A stretch of DNA of 64,000 nt from contig OX597824.1 in the NCBI GenBank assembly GCA_951406725.2, positions 65,844,001 to 65,908,000 of the forward strand. Direction: 5' to 3'. The notes beneath the pieces were generated by a model. That model worked only from the letters and a program-made list of their open reading frames with translations, was not told the origin of the DNA and did not search any database. A program made the translations under genes and the position numbers. The stretch's first letter is position 1, and the number at the start of each line of letters is the position of its first letter. The stretch is from Octopus vulgaris. Lineage: Eukaryota. Of this stretch, positions 25,500 through 41,022 are shown in pieces.

Positions 25500-25535
<36 letters not shown>

Positions 25536-25566
25536 CATTCATACATTCATATCGCCTCCCTCTTAC

Positions 25567-25769
25567 AGATTCCAGGTGACATTTCCTGGACCTCAAGATA
25601 ACCAACTCGTTCTATTAACTCACCAAAGAAAAACCTCGAAGTGTTGCTGTTATTTAATTTTAAAATTACAGCCATTCTTCATGGGCTTTTTTCCCTTTAG
25701 TTTCGAATTGAATAATAATGACTATAAGAATAACAATACAAGACCATGTGTTGAAGTAGAAGAGCATTT
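25567..25769 (-). pseudogene. Decayed exon 1 (copy 2)
   Basis: Duplicate of 23201-23402, 1 bp longer. Confidence 0.4.
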
Positions 25770-26876
25770 CTGAGGTAATTGACAAGGGTATATATGACTG
25801 GTATGTTTATTTATCGACCCTATTCTTGAAAGGGTTAGGTTTAGCCTCGAACATCGACAAAATTTTGTCTTGGAACTGGAAAGGTTCAGTAAACCACTAG
25901 TATTATATTAAACCATCAATAATTACTTGTTTGTAATGCATAAAGCCAATTTTTGTATTTTAATGACTCCTCTTCATCGTCGACGTCGTATTAGTAGTAG
26001 TAACTATGACGGTTTATAATCGATTTCAACATGACGATGTACAGAGCTGATTTTATAGAATCCTGTTGATTGAATTGACCTCAGTGTACCACTGGTACCT
26101 ATTTCATCGGTTTCCTCATCCTCCCACATTTGCTGAATGAAAAGTAAAGCGGGATTCGAACCGTGAGACTGACTCACCGAATAGAGCAGACTACTATTAA
26201 GTCTTCATCTGTACTAGAATTATCGCTATGAACACACACACACACACACACTCTTTTTTTACAGTCATCTCGCCTTGGCAGGGTAGTGATGTTCAAGCTT
26301 TTCAGCCGATGGAAATGAGAACAAGAAGGCAATAACTGATGCTTGTTGATGATGGTGAAGAAGATAGAAGAGGGCGAAGCTAATAAAGACAAGTGTCTTG
26401 CTTATAAAGTGAAATATACTTTTGAGGATGGCGATGATACTGATGGGAGTGTGTATTTAATTAGGCAACAGATAAATAAACTGTTATTCCTAATTCCTTC
26501 CGTTTACCTGTTTGATAATTACTTGTAATTCTTTTTTTCTCGGCTTCAGGATATTTTCCCTTTCTTTTCTCCCTCTTTTCCCTTCTCTTTATATTGCGAT
26601 CACGTCTATTTCTCCCTCCTTCTTTTTCTCTTCCATGTCCCACCCTTCTCTGTTAAACAAATTATACCCTTTCCTTTTCTTTCCCCTTTTTTCACTTTCT
26701 TTTCTCATTCTTTTCACCTGTGATATCTCATCTCGTCTCTCTCTCTCTCTTTCACCCCCTCTCTCTCTATATATATACACAAATATATATATAACATAAA
26801 TAATGTATATATATATAAATAAATATATATATATAAATCATATATATATAAATAAACAAATATGTATATATATAAT

Positions 26877-26986
<110 letters not shown>

Positions 26987-27084
26987 TATATATATATATA
27001 ATATATATATGTATATATATATATAATATGTGTATATATATGTGTATATATATATATATGTATGTGTATATATATATATGTGTG

Positions 27085-27116
<32 letters not shown>

Positions 27117-27157
27117 TGTATATGTATTGTATATATATATATATGTATATGTGTATA

Positions 27158-27247
<90 letters not shown>

Positions 27248-27250
27248 GTG

Positions 27251-27283
<33 letters not shown>

Positions 27284-27389
27284 GTGTATATATATGTATA
27301 TATATATATAATGTATGTATATATATATGTATATATATATATATATGTATATATATATGTATATATATATATAAATATATATATATATG

Positions 27390-27436
<47 letters not shown>

Positions 27437-27621
27437 AATATATATATATATAATATATATATGTAAAAAAAAATATATATATAGGTAAAAAAATATATGT
27501 ATATGTAAATAAATATATATATATGTAAATAAATATATGTATATGTAAATAAAAATATATATATATATAAATAAAAATATATATAAATAAAATATATATA
27601 TATAATATATATATGTAATAA

Positions 27622-27670
<49 letters not shown>

Positions 27671-27742
27671 AATATATATATATATGTATATATAAATATA
27701 TGTATATATATATATGTATGTATATATATGTATATATATATG

Positions 27743-27779
<37 letters not shown>

Positions 27780-27781
27780 GA

Positions 27782-27859
<78 letters not shown>

Positions 27860-27878
27860 GAATATATATATATATATG

Positions 27879-27909
<31 letters not shown>

Positions 27910-27934
27910 GTATATATAAATATATATATATATG

Positions 27935-28051
<117 letters not shown>

Positions 28052-28117
28052 TGTATATATAAATAAATATATATATATATATATGTATAATATATATATA
28101 TATGTATATATATATAA

Positions 28118-28190
<73 letters not shown>

Positions 28191-28197
28191 GTATATA

Positions 28198-28241
<44 letters not shown>

Positions 28242-28268
28242 AATATATATATATGTATATATAAATAA

Positions 28269-28317
<49 letters not shown>

Positions 28318-28827
28318 AATAAATATATATATATGTATATATAAATAAATATATATATATGTATATATAAATAAATATATATATATATGTATATATAAAT
28401 AAATATATATATATGTATATATATAATAAATATATATATATATATGTATATATAAATAAATATATATATATGTATATATGAATAAATATATATATATGTA
28501 TATATGAATAAATATATATATATGTATATATGAATAAATATATATATATGTATATATGAATAAATATATATATATGTATATATGAATAAATATATATATA
28601 TGTATATATGAATAAATATATATATATGTATATATGAATAAATATATATATATGTATGTATATATAAATAAATATATATATATGTATGTATATATAAATA
28701 AATATATATATATGTATATATAAATAAATATATATGTATGTATATATAAATAAATATATATATATGTATGTATATATAAATAAATATATATATATGTATG
28801 TATATATAAATAAATAAATATATATAT

Positions 28828-29015
28828 CATCATCATCATCGTTTAACGTCCGTTCTCCATGCTAGCATGGGTTGGACAGTTCGACCGGGGATCTGGGAAA
28901 CCAGAAGGCTGCACCAGGCTCCAGTCTTATCTGGCAATGTTTCTACAGCTGGATGCCCTTCCTAACGCCAACCACTCCGTGAATGTAGTGGGTGCTTTTT
29001 ACGTGCTACATGCAC
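28828..29015 (-). mobile_element. RTE-type 3' tail fragment ending in (GAT)n
   Basis: Reverse complement of 53690-53860 (GGCGTTAGGAAGGGCATCCAGCTGTAGAAAC...CCATGCTAGCATGG..ACGTTAAACGATGATG). Confidence 0.8.
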
Positions 29016-29205
29016 GTAAATAAATATATATATGTATATATAAATAAATATATATATGTATATATAAATAAATATATATATGTATATAAATATAAATATG
29101 TATATATAAATAAATATAAATATATATATATGTATATATAAATAAATATAAATATATAAATGTATATATAAATAAATATATATGTATAAATAAATATATG
29201 TATAA

Positions 29206-29248
<43 letters not shown>

Positions 29249-29255
29249 TATATAT

Positions 29256-29318
29256 GGCAGTGCCCCAGCATGGCCACAGATCATTAGCTGAAACTGTAAA
29301 ATCAAAATAAAAAAAAAA
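29256..29318 (+). mobile_element. Extremely 5'-truncated CR1-type LINE/SINE 3' stub in (TA)n
   Basis: GGCAGTGCCCCAGCATGGCCACAG...GCTGAAAC matches the LINE end at 49707-49745. Confidence 0.75.
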
Positions 29319-30001
29319 TATATATATATAAATATATATATATAGTGTGTATACGTATGTATGCCTGTATACGTATGTATGTGTGTATACGTATGCATGC
29401 CTGTATACGTATGTATGTGTGTGTATATATATGTGTATATGTATGATTGTGTATGTATGTGTGTGTATATACATGTATGTATATATGTATGTGTGTGTAT
29501 ATATATGTATGTATATATATATATATGTTATTGTATGTGTGTGTATATGTATGTATATATATGTGTATGTATATATATGTATGTGTGTATATATATGTGT
29601 ATGTATGTGTATATATATGTGTATGTATGTGTGTATATATATGTGTATGTATGTGTGTATATATATGTGTATGTATGTGTGTATATATATGTGTATGTAT
29701 GTGTGTATATATATGTGTATGTATGTGTGTATATATATGTGTGTGTATGTGTGTGTATATATGTATGTATATATATATGTGTATGTATATGTGTATATAT
29801 ATATGTGTATGTATGTGTGTATATATATATGTGTATGTATGTGTGTATATATATGTATGTATATATATATATTTGTATATGTGTATGTAAGTATATATAT
29901 ATATGTATATGTGATGTATGTGTGTATTTATATGTATGTATATGTGATGTATGTGTGTATATATATATATATGTGTATATATATGTATGTATATATATGG
30001 G

Positions 30002-30032
<31 letters not shown>

Positions 30033-30224
30033 ATGTACATACATACATATATGCATGTCTATATATGTATGTATGTATATATATGTATGTCTGAATATGT
30101 ATGCCTATATATGTGTGTGTGTATATATGTATGTATATATATATGTGTATATATGTGTGTGTATATATGTATGTATATGTATGTATATATATATATGTAT
30201 GTATATATATATATGTATGTATGT

Positions 30225-30260
<36 letters not shown>

Positions 30261-30261
30261 G

Positions 30262-30316
<55 letters not shown>

Positions 30317-30335
30317 GTATATATATATATATATG

Positions 30336-30422
<87 letters not shown>

Positions 30423-30427
30423 GTATG

Positions 30428-30477
<50 letters not shown>

Positions 30478-30555
30478 TGTATATATATGTATGTATATGT
30501 ATGTATGTATATATATGTATGTATATGTATGTATGTATATGTATGTATATATATG

Positions 30556-30587
<32 letters not shown>

Positions 30588-30619
30588 TATGTATGTATAT
30601 ATATATATGTATGTATATG

Positions 30620-30682
<63 letters not shown>

Positions 30683-30721
30683 GTATATATATATATGTAT
30701 GTATATATGTATATATATATG

Positions 30722-30759
<38 letters not shown>

Positions 30760-30949
30760 TATATATGTATATATATATGTATGTATATATATATGTATGT
30801 ATATATATATATATATGTATGTATATATATATGTATATATATATGTATATATATATGTATATATATATGTATGTATATATATATGTATATATATATGTAT
30901 GTATATATGTATGTATATATATATGTATGTATATATATATATATGTATG

Positions 30950-30985
<36 letters not shown>

Positions 30986-31291
30986 TGTATATGTATATAT
31001 ATATATATGTATGTATATATATATATGTATGTATATATATATGTATGTATATATATATATGTATATATATATATGTATATATATATGTATGTATATATAT
31101 ATATGTATATATATATATGTATATATATATATGTATATATATATGTATGTATATATATATGTATGTATATATATATGTTTGTATATATATATATGTATGT
31201 ATATATATATATGTATATATATATGTATGTATATATATATGTATGTATATATATATGTATGTATATATATATGTATATATATATATGTATG

Positions 31292-31388
<97 letters not shown>

Positions 31389-31389
31389 G

Positions 31390-31427
<38 letters not shown>

Positions 31428-31473
31428 TGTATGTGTATATGTATGTATATATATATGTATGTATATATGTATG

Positions 31474-31524
<51 letters not shown>

Positions 31525-31641
31525 GTATGTATATATATATATGTATATATATATATGTATGTATATATATATGTATATATATATGTATGTATATATATAT
31601 GTATATATATGTATATATATATATGTATATATATATATATG

Positions 31642-31672
<31 letters not shown>

Positions 31673-32125
31673 GTATATATATATGTATATATATATATAT
31701 ATGTATATGTATATATATGTATATATATGTATATATATTTATATATACGTATATATGTATATATATTTATATATACGTATATATGTATATATATATGTAT
31801 ATATGTATATGTATATATGTATATATATGTATATATATGTATATGTATATATATATATGTATATGTATATGTATGTATGTATATATATATATGTATATGT
31901 ATATATGTATATATATATATGTATATGTATATATGTATATATATATATGTATATGTATATATGTATATATATATATGTATATATATGTATATGTATATAT
32001 GTATGTATATATATGTATATATATGTATATGTATATATATGTATATGTATATATATGTATATGTATATATGTATATGTATATATATATATGTATATGTAT
32101 ATATATATGTATATATGTATATATG

Positions 32126-32162
<37 letters not shown>

Positions 32163-32530
32163 GTATATGTATATATATGTATATATATATGTATATATAT
32201 GTATATGTATATATATATGTATATATATGTATATGTATATATGTATATATATATATATGTATGTATATATATATATGTATACATGTATATGTATATATAT
32301 ATATATGTATATATATATATGTATATATATATATGTATATATATATATGTATATATATATGTATATATATATGTATGTATATATATATGTATACATGTAT
32401 ATGTGTATATGTATATATATATGTGTATATATATATGTATATATATATATGTATATATATATATGTATACATGTATATGTATATATATATATATGTATAC
32501 ATGTATATGTATATATATATATGTATATAT

Positions 32531-32611
<81 letters not shown>

Positions 32612-33128
32612 CATATATGTATATATGTATATATATATATATGTATACATGTATATATATATATATATGTATATGTATATATATGTATATATATATATGT
32701 GTATATGTATATATATATATATACATGTATATATATATATATAGATATATGTATACATGTATATGTATATATATATATGTATATATATATATGTATATAT
32801 ATATATATGTATACATGTATATGTATATATATATATGTATATATATATATGTATATATATATATGTATATATATATATATGTATACATATATGTGTGTAT
32901 ATATGTATATATGTATATATATGTGATATATATATATATATGTATATATATATATGTATACATGTATATGTATATATATATATGTATATATATATATGTA
33001 TACATATATGTGTATATATATGTATATATGTATATATATGTGTATATATATATATGTATATATATATATATCGAACTTCCTTGTTGATATATATATATGT
33101 ATATATATATATAATGTATACATATATG

Positions 33129-33159
<31 letters not shown>

Positions 33160-33699
33160 GTATACATATATGTGTATATATATGTATATGCATATATATA
33201 TGCATATATGTATGTATATGTATGTATATGCATATGTATATATATGTATATATGTATATGTATGTATATGTATATGTATATATATATGTATATATATATA
33301 TATGTATATGTATGTATATGCATATGTATATATATATGCATATATATATATGTGTATATATATATGCATATATATGTATTTATATATATGTATATATATG
33401 TATATATATATATGTATATATATATGTGTATATATATGTATATATGTGTATATATATGTGTATATATATGTATATATGTGTATATAGGTATATATATGTA
33501 TATGTATATATATGTATATATGTATATATATATATATGTATACATGTATATGTATATATATATGTATATATATGTATATATATATATATATACATATATG
33601 TATATATATATATATATATGTATATATATGTATATATATATATGTATATATATATATATGTATATGTATATATATGTATATATATATATGTATACGTAT

Positions 33700-33779
<80 letters not shown>

Positions 33780-33993
33780 GTATATATGTATATATATATA
33801 TGTATACATATATGTATGTATATATATATGTATACATGTATATGTATGTATATATATATGTATACATGTATATATATATGTATATATGTATATGTATATA
33901 TATATATGTATACATGTATATGTATATATATATATGTATATATATATATATGTATACATATATGTATATATATATATGTATATATATATATGT

Positions 33994-34031
<38 letters not shown>

Positions 34032-34314
34032 ACATGTATATGTATATATATATGTATATATATATGTATACATGTATATGTATATATATGTATATATGTA
34101 TATATATATATGTATTCATGTATATGTATATATATATATATGTATACATGTATATATATATATATATATATGTATACATGTATATGTATATATATATGTG
34201 TATATATATATATGTATACATGTATATGTATATATGTATATGTGTATATATATATATGTATATATATATATATGTATTCATGTATATGTATATATATATA
34301 TATATGTATACATG

Positions 34315-34369
<55 letters not shown>

Positions 34370-34390
34370 ATGTATACATATATATATATG

Positions 34391-34426
<36 letters not shown>

Positions 34427-34444
34427 TATGTATGTATACATATA

Positions 34445-34862
34445 TCATCATCATCATCATCATCATTTAGCGTCCGTTTTCCATGCTAGCATGGGTTGGA
34501 CGGTTCAACTGGGGTCTGGGGAGCCCGAAGGCTGCACCAGGCCAGTCAGATCTGGCAGTGTTTCTACAGCTGGATGCCCTTCCTAACGCCAACCACTCCG
34601 AGAGTGTAGTGATGATTTATGTGCCACCGACACAGGTGCCAGACGAGGCTGGCGAACGGCCACGCTCGGATGGTGTTTTTATGTGCCACCGACACAGGTG
34701 CCAGATGAGGCTGGCGGACGGCCACGATCGGATGGTGTTTGTTACGTCCCCAAAGCACGGAGGCCAGTCTATGCGGTACTGGCTACGGCCACGTTCGGAT
34801 GATTATCTTGTGTGCCACCGGCACTGGTACCACAAAGATACAAATTCCATTAATGTTCATCT
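34445..34862 (-). mobile_element. RTE-associated 3' region with internal 62-bp tandem units
   Basis: Reverse complement of 53385-53860. Confidence 0.85.
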
Positions 34863-34865
34863 ATG

Positions 34866-34916
<51 letters not shown>

Positions 34917-34981
34917 GTATATATATATATGTATATATATATGTATATATATATGTATATATATATGTATATATATATATG

Positions 34982-35012
<31 letters not shown>

Positions 35013-35029
35013 GTATATATATATTTATA

Positions 35030-35070
<41 letters not shown>

Positions 35071-35197
35071 GTATATATATATATGTATATATATATGTAT
35101 GTATATATATATGTATATATATATGTATATATATATGTATATATATGTATATATATATGTATGTATATATGTATGTATATATATATGTATATATATG

Positions 35198-35310
<113 letters not shown>

Positions 35311-35363
35311 GTATATATATATATGTATATATATATGTATATATATATATGTATATATATATG

Positions 35364-35394
<31 letters not shown>

Positions 35395-35597
35395 GTATAT
35401 ATATATGTATATGTATATATATATGTATATGTATATATATATGTATATGTATATATATATATATGTATATATATATGTGTATATATATATGTATATATAT
35501 ATGTATATATATGTATGTATATATATATGTATATATATATATGTATATATATATGTATATATATATATATGTATATATATATATGTATATATATATG

Positions 35598-35628
<31 letters not shown>

Positions 35629-35641
35629 GTATATATATATG

Positions 35642-35672
<31 letters not shown>

Positions 35673-35687
35673 GTATATATATATATG

Positions 35688-35719
<32 letters not shown>

Positions 35720-35722
35720 TGT

Positions 35723-35756
<34 letters not shown>

Positions 35757-35774
35757 GTATATATATGTATATGT

Positions 35775-35832
<58 letters not shown>

Positions 35833-35860
35833 GTATATATATATGTATATATGTATATGT

Positions 35861-35934
<74 letters not shown>

Positions 35935-35975
35935 GTATATATATATATGTATATATATATGTATATATATATATG

Positions 35976-36148
<173 letters not shown>

Positions 36149-36177
36149 GTATATATATATGTGTATATATATATATG

Positions 36178-36208
<31 letters not shown>

Positions 36209-36265
36209 GTATATATATATATGTATATATATGTATATATATATATATGTATATATATATATTTG

Positions 36266-36298
<33 letters not shown>

Positions 36299-36801
36299 GT
36301 ATACATATATGTGTATATATACGTATATATATATATATGTATATACATATATGTGTATATATATGTATATATATATATATGTGTATATATATATGGGTGT
36401 ATATATGTATATATATATATGGGTGTATATATGTATATATATATATGTATACATATATGTGTATATATATGTATATATGTATACATATATGTGTATATAT
36501 ATGTATATATGTATATGCATATGTATATATGTATACATATATGTGTATATATATGTATATGCATATGTATATATATATGCATGTATGTATATGCATATGT
36601 ATATATATATGCATGTATATATATATGCATGTATGTATATGCATATGTATATATATATGCATATATATATACATGTATATGTATGTATATGCATATGTAT
36701 ATATATATGCATATATATATGTGTATATATATATGTATATATATGTATTTATATATATGTATATATATGTATATATATATATGTGTCTATATATGTATAT
36801 A

Positions 36802-36867
36802 CAGCGGTGGTGCCCCAGCATGGCCGCGGCCTTCGGGCTAAAACATTTTTAAGGATTTTAAGGATTT
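36802..36867 (+). mobile_element. Extremely 5'-truncated CR1-type 3' stub with (TTTAAGGAT)n tail
   Basis: GGTGGTGCCCCAGCATGGCCGCGGCCTTCGGGCTAAAAC, same motif as 49707-49745. Confidence 0.7.
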
Positions 36868-36892
36868 ATATGTATATATGTGTATATATATG

Positions 36893-36925
<33 letters not shown>

Positions 36926-36956
36926 GTATACATGTACATGTATATTTATATATATG

Positions 36957-36987
<31 letters not shown>

Positions 36988-37030
36988 GTATATATATATA
37001 TGTATATGTATATATATGTATATATATATG

Positions 37031-37117
<87 letters not shown>

Positions 37118-37248
37118 GTATATATATATATGTATATATATGTATATATATATATGTATATATATATATATGTATATATATATATGTATATATATATATG
37201 TATATATATATATATGTATATATATATATGTATATATATGTATATATG

Positions 37249-37281
<33 letters not shown>

Positions 37282-37518
37282 GTATATATGTATATATGTA
37301 TATATGTATATATGTATATATATATATGTATATATATATATGTATATATATATATGTATATATATATATATGTATATATATGTATATATATGTATATATA
37401 TGTATATATGTATATATATATATATGTATATATGTATATATATATATATGTATATATATATATGTATATATATATATGTATATATATATATGTATATATA
37501 TATATGTATATGTATATA

Positions 37519-37677
<159 letters not shown>

Positions 37678-37882
37678 GTATATATATATATATGTATATA
37701 TATGTATATATATATATATGTATATATATGTATATGTATATATATATATATGTATACATGTATATGTATATATATATATGTATACATGTATATGTATATA
37801 TATATATGTATACATGTATATGTATATATATGTATATATATATGTATATATATATATGTATACATGTATATGTATATATATG

Positions 37883-37913
<31 letters not shown>

Positions 37914-37972
37914 GTATTCATGTATATGTATATATATATATATATGTATATATATATGTATACATGTATATG

Positions 37973-38003
<31 letters not shown>

Positions 38004-38056
38004 GTATATATATATATGTATACATATATATATATATGTATATATATATGTATATA

Positions 38057-38089
<33 letters not shown>

Positions 38090-38182
38090 ATATATGTATA
38101 TATATATATGTATATATATGTATATATATATATGTATATATATATATGTATATATATGTATATATATATATGTATATATATG

Positions 38183-38263
<81 letters not shown>

Positions 38264-38270
38264 GTATATG

Positions 38271-38317
<47 letters not shown>

Positions 38318-38332
38318 GTATATATATATATG

Positions 38333-38381
<49 letters not shown>

Positions 38382-38422
38382 GTATATATATATATGTATA
38401 TATATGTATATATATATATATG

Positions 38423-38485
<63 letters not shown>

Positions 38486-38556
38486 GTATATATATATGTA
38501 TATATATATATGTATATATATATATATGTATATATATATATGTATATATATATATG

Positions 38557-38603
<47 letters not shown>

Positions 38604-38609
38604 TATATG

Positions 38610-38640
<31 letters not shown>

Positions 38641-38641
38641 G

Positions 38642-38708
<67 letters not shown>

Positions 38709-38733
38709 GTATACATATATGTGTATATATATG

Positions 38734-38782
<49 letters not shown>

Positions 38783-39139
38783 GTATACATATATGTGTAT
38801 ATATATGTATATATATATATGTATATATATATGTGTATATATATGTAAATATATATATATGTATACATATATGTGTATATATATGTATATATATATATAT
38901 GTATACATATATGTGTATATATATGTATATATATATATATGTATACATATATGTGTATATATGTATATATATGTATACATATATGTGTATATATATGTAT
39001 ATATATATGTATACATATATGTGTATATATATGTATATATATATATGTATATATATGTGTATATATATGTATATATGTATATATATGTGTATATATATGT
39101 ATATATGTATATATGTATATATATGTATATATATATGTG

Positions 39140-39172
<33 letters not shown>

Positions 39173-39462
39173 GTATACATATATGTGTATATATATGTAT
39201 ATATGTATATATATGTGTATATATATATGTATATGTATATATATATGTATATGTATGTATATGTATATATATATGTATATGTATGTATATATGCATATGT
39301 ATATATATATGCGTATATGTATGTATATGCATATATATATGTATATATATATATGTATATATATATATTTATGTATATATGTATATATATATATATGTGT
39401 ATATATATGTATATATGTGTATACATATGTATATATATATGTATATGTATATATATGTATAT

Positions 39463-40922
39463 GTAGGTTCTACCTGAAAGGTGCCTGCCGGGATGGAGAG
39501 GAAGGTGCAGGCTGCCGCTTTGCACATCCGGGACCCTGCCACAGAAACCAACCACCGAAAGGAAATGGGATGGACCACGCATCACCTGCCCCAAAACGGA
39601 GGTACGCAGATGTGGTGCGTGCCACAAACCACCAACGTATTGTTGAAAGGGCAGCTGCTGAGCAAGAATCTTTTTTGTGCATGGCACAAAAGATTGCCAC
39701 AGCAGCTAACCTGGCTCCATCAAACTCGTTGCTCGCAGATGGAACTACCCAAAGTTCACAAGACCGCCACAGCAGATGGACCCAGGGTGGACACCACCGG
39801 CAACAGCATACACCTCACCTCGATGCTCCTACTGGAACACTCTGGGAGGACTACTAACACACAGTAACAGGACAAAAGTCCCGTTCCTGAGAGACTTTGT
39901 CGCATGCAATCAAGCCTTCCATGCATAGCACCCAATGGAAACGCACCTGAAACCGGACATAGCAGATGCGGAATTACACATACCACAGTATGTTGTACTA
40001 CGGACCGACAGAAAAGAAAGGAGTCATGGAGGAGTTGCTATGTACATCCGTGAGGACCACACACCCCAGGTCCTTTTGTCATACTCAAACTCGGTGTGTG
40101 ACACACTAATTGTACACATAAGGCAACTTGATGTAGTTGTGTGTGCTACATATCGCCCTCCAGATGCCCCAAGTCATATGGGCAAGTTTGAGGACTGCCT
40201 TTAAAAATAGAAGTTCTAATCACATTAGAACAACACACATAAGTGTACTTCTCATGGGAGACTTCAATCTAACCAATGTCAGATGGCCCGAGGGCCTTTC
40301 TCTCCCAGGAATGACAAGATGTGAACGAGGACAGGCGAGGTCCCTCCTGAACCTCATCAACACCCTGTACATGGAGCAAGTAATACTCCAACCAACCAGA
40401 GCAGGTAACACACTGGATCTCTGCTTCACAAATACATATGGGATCTCATCCATAATGTGAAAGTGAGCACTGACACTACTCTCGGATCACAACATGGCCT
40501 CAAACAAAACTGGCCTGAATGTCTCTCCCGGACATCGACATGATACTTCAACAATTCATGTCTGTAATGCAAGCCATATGCTAACCCAAGAAAGGCCACT
40601 GTACAGGAGCAAGAATACTCACAAGAACAAAATCCCCAGAGAGAGGAAAATTTTAATGAGACGGCGTACAAAAATTTCAAATCGCCTAAACAAACAAATT
40701 GAAAGCAGTGAAAAGTCCCGCCTGAAAATAAAACTGTTGGAAATTGAAAATTGTCTGCAACTCTCCCATGAGAAGGAAAGAGCAGACAAAGAAGCCTGGG
40801 CTATAGACAACATAAAAACTAACCCCAGAGCTTTCTACAGGTATGCCAAAGAAACAGCTACGGTGCACTGTAGGATAGGGCCACTCCTTGAAAAGGATGG
40901 CACACTCACAGGAAAACCAATG
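39463..40922 (+). mobile_element. CR1-like LINE: CCCH zinc finger remnant plus APE endonuclease, cut by the gap
   Basis: [23 protein letters not shown]; ETHLKPDIADAELHIPQYVVLRTDRKERSHGGVAMYIRE; MGDFN; PTRAGNTLDLCFTN. Homologous to 46720-47930. Confidence 0.9.
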
Positions 40923-41022
40923 NNNNNNNNNNNNNNNNNNNNNNNNNNNNNNNNNNNNNNNNNNNNNNNNNNNNNNNNNNNNNNNNNNNNNNNNNNNNNN
41001 NNNNNNNNNNNNNNNNNNNNNN
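40923..41022. other. Assembly gap (100 N)
   Basis: Run of N. Confidence 1.

Larger units (their letters stand above)
21410..26166 (+). repeat. Near-identical tandem duplication: 21410-23799 and 23800-26166
   Basis: Sequence from AAAGACCGATTGACC to GGGATTCGAACCGTGA is repeated at offset 2390. Differences are microsatellite lengths, a few 1-bp indels and rare substitutions. Confidence 0.97.
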
